A stretch of 62,529 nucleotides of DNA, filler included. It is 9 parts of 9 records of this genome, joined end to end, with 100 filler letters (N's around TTAATTAATTAA, not from the genome) between each part and the next. Parts side by side here need not be neighbours in the genome. Positions count along the whole stretch, not along the records: positions 57,127 to 62,529 come from SRR31147125_131020; 8 more parts are not named here. One strand, written 5' to 3'. The position numbers and the translations under genes are program-made. Position 1 is the first letter of the stretch. Each line of letters opens with the position of its first letter. Below are positions 61,484 through 62,529 of this stretch, in pieces. The notes below the pieces were generated by a model. The model was not told where the DNA came from. It saw only the letters and a list, made by a program, of their open reading frames with translations, and made no database searches.

Positions 61484-62529
61484 CTATGAATTGAGGATAT
61501 TCCCGAATCTCTCTTTGACAAGCGACTCAATCTCTGAAACGGTTCCCAACCTCAACACATCGTTGACAAGTATCCTGGCTGCCAGGGCATCCAATCGCCT
61601 CACGACCTGATTGATGATGGGAATGGACATGGCGTTCATGGAGAGATTCTTCAAACCAAGTCCCACCAGCAGCGGCAGATTAACAGGGTCCCCCGCCATC
61701 TCACCACACATGGCCACATCGATATGTTTTTTCTCTGCTGCGTCCACAACCATCTTGACCATTCGAATCAATGCCGGACTCATGGGATGATAAAGATGGG
61801 CGACCTGCCGGTTCCGCCGATCAATGGCCATGGAGTATTGAATGAGATCGTTGGTACCGATACTGAAAAAATCGACATACTCCGCCAGATCCTCGGCAAT
61901 CATGACGGTGGACGGCACCTCAATCATGATTCCCAATGGAATATCCCGATTAAAGATCTTCTCTTCGTCCTTTAATTCTTCAACGGCCTGATCCAGAAGC
62001 TCACGAACCTGAACAATCTCTTCGACACAGGAAATCATGGGGATGAGTAATTTGATGTTTCCAAACGCCGCCGCTCTGAGAATGGCTTTGACCTGGGTGA
62101 TAAAGATGTCCGGTCGCTTTAAACAAAAGCGTACGGCCCGAAGTCCCAAAGCGGGATTTTCCTCTTCAATGGCGTTCATGTAAGGCATGACCTTGTCGCC
62201 ATTGATATCCAGCGTTCTGAAAGTGACCGGTTTGGGCGTCATCAACTCCACGACCTCTTTGTATTTTTCAAAAAGCTCTTCTTCCGATGGAAAGCGTTTC
62301 AGATCGATGTATAGAAATTCCGTTCGAAAAAGCCCAATGCCCTTTGCGGCATTATCCAAAACGGAAACCACCTCTTCCACCAGCTCGATGTTGGCCATCA
62401 AGTTCAGCTCGACACCGTCCACGGTTTTGGATGGAAGATGGCTTCCTCTGGCCAAAACGGCCTTATATTGCTCATAATTGGCCCGTAGTCCTTCATAGCT
62501 GAACAGGGTGTCCTCATCGGGATTGATGA
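61484..62529 (-). CDS. ptsI: PEP-protein phosphotransferase (PTS enzyme I), 5'-partial
   Basis: GIGLFRTEFLY, NPALGLRAVR, MIEVPS, SIGTNDLIQY, CGEMAG; frame open to the window end. Confidence 0.92.
   Translation of the reverse strand, partial: INPDEDTLFSYEGLRANYEQYKAVLARGSHLPSKTVDGVELNLMANIELVEEVVSVLDNAAKGIGLFRTEFLYIDLKRFPSEEELFEKYKEVVELMTPKPVTFRTLDINGDKVMPYMNAIEEENPALGLRAVRFCLKRPDIFITQVKAILRAAAFGNIKLLIPMISCVEEIVQVRELLDQAVEELKDEEKIFNRDIPLGIMIEVPSTVMIAEDLAEYVDFFSIGTNDLIQYSMAIDRRNRQVAHLYHPMSPALIRMVKMVVDAAEKKHIDVAMCGEMAGDPVNLPLLVGLGLKNLSMNAMSIPIINQVVRRLDALAARILVNDVLRLGTVSEIESLVKERFGNILNS

Noticed and set aside
60900-61484. tmRNA (ssrA) next to smpB
   Set aside because: No room or tRNA-like ends visible; no tRNA or rRNA genes were recognised anywhere in the window.

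Overview
The window is not one genome. It is nine unrelated contigs joined by artificial 100-nt linkers (N-run + TTAATTAATTAA + N-run), so gene neighbourhoods are only meaningful within a contig. Taxon hints below are inferences from gene content and composition. (1) 1-5021: oligopeptide ABC operon oppABCDF. (2) 5122-15669, Clostridia-like: YitT protein, [FeFe]-hydrogenase-like/MCP sensor, PIN-PhoH, DUF815 ATPase, glutaredoxin + FTR-rubredoxin, BlaI/BlaR1-like pair. (3) 15770-20899, Desulfuromonadales-like: YceI, GGDEF, TPR, CBS, shikimate kinase, Fe-S flavoprotein, CDGSH, MYG1. (4) 21000-30777, Desulfobacterales-like: crotonase, amidase, mutS, LapA, HD protein, RimK-like ligase, Mrp, Mut7-C. 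(5) 30878-36535: secreted S8 protease, HMA protein, DUF255 thioredoxin-domain protein. (6) 36636-46307: compact D-amino-acid/dipeptide utilisation cluster. (7) 46408-51461: TPR protein and lipoprotein genes behind a near-consensus sigma54 promoter whose ~840-nt non-coding leader has three ~220-nt periodic structured units, plus repeated enhancer-like palindromes and two receiver-domain genes (one with two in-frame TGA). (8) 51562-57026, Planctomycete-like: nadB, ECF sigma/anti-sigma, TPR genes. (9) 57127-62529: heterodimeric ABC exporter, smpB, PTS enzyme I. Many genes carry single-base homopolymer frameshifts that look like sequencing errors. The best novelty candidate is the sigma54-associated repeated structured leader in contig 7.
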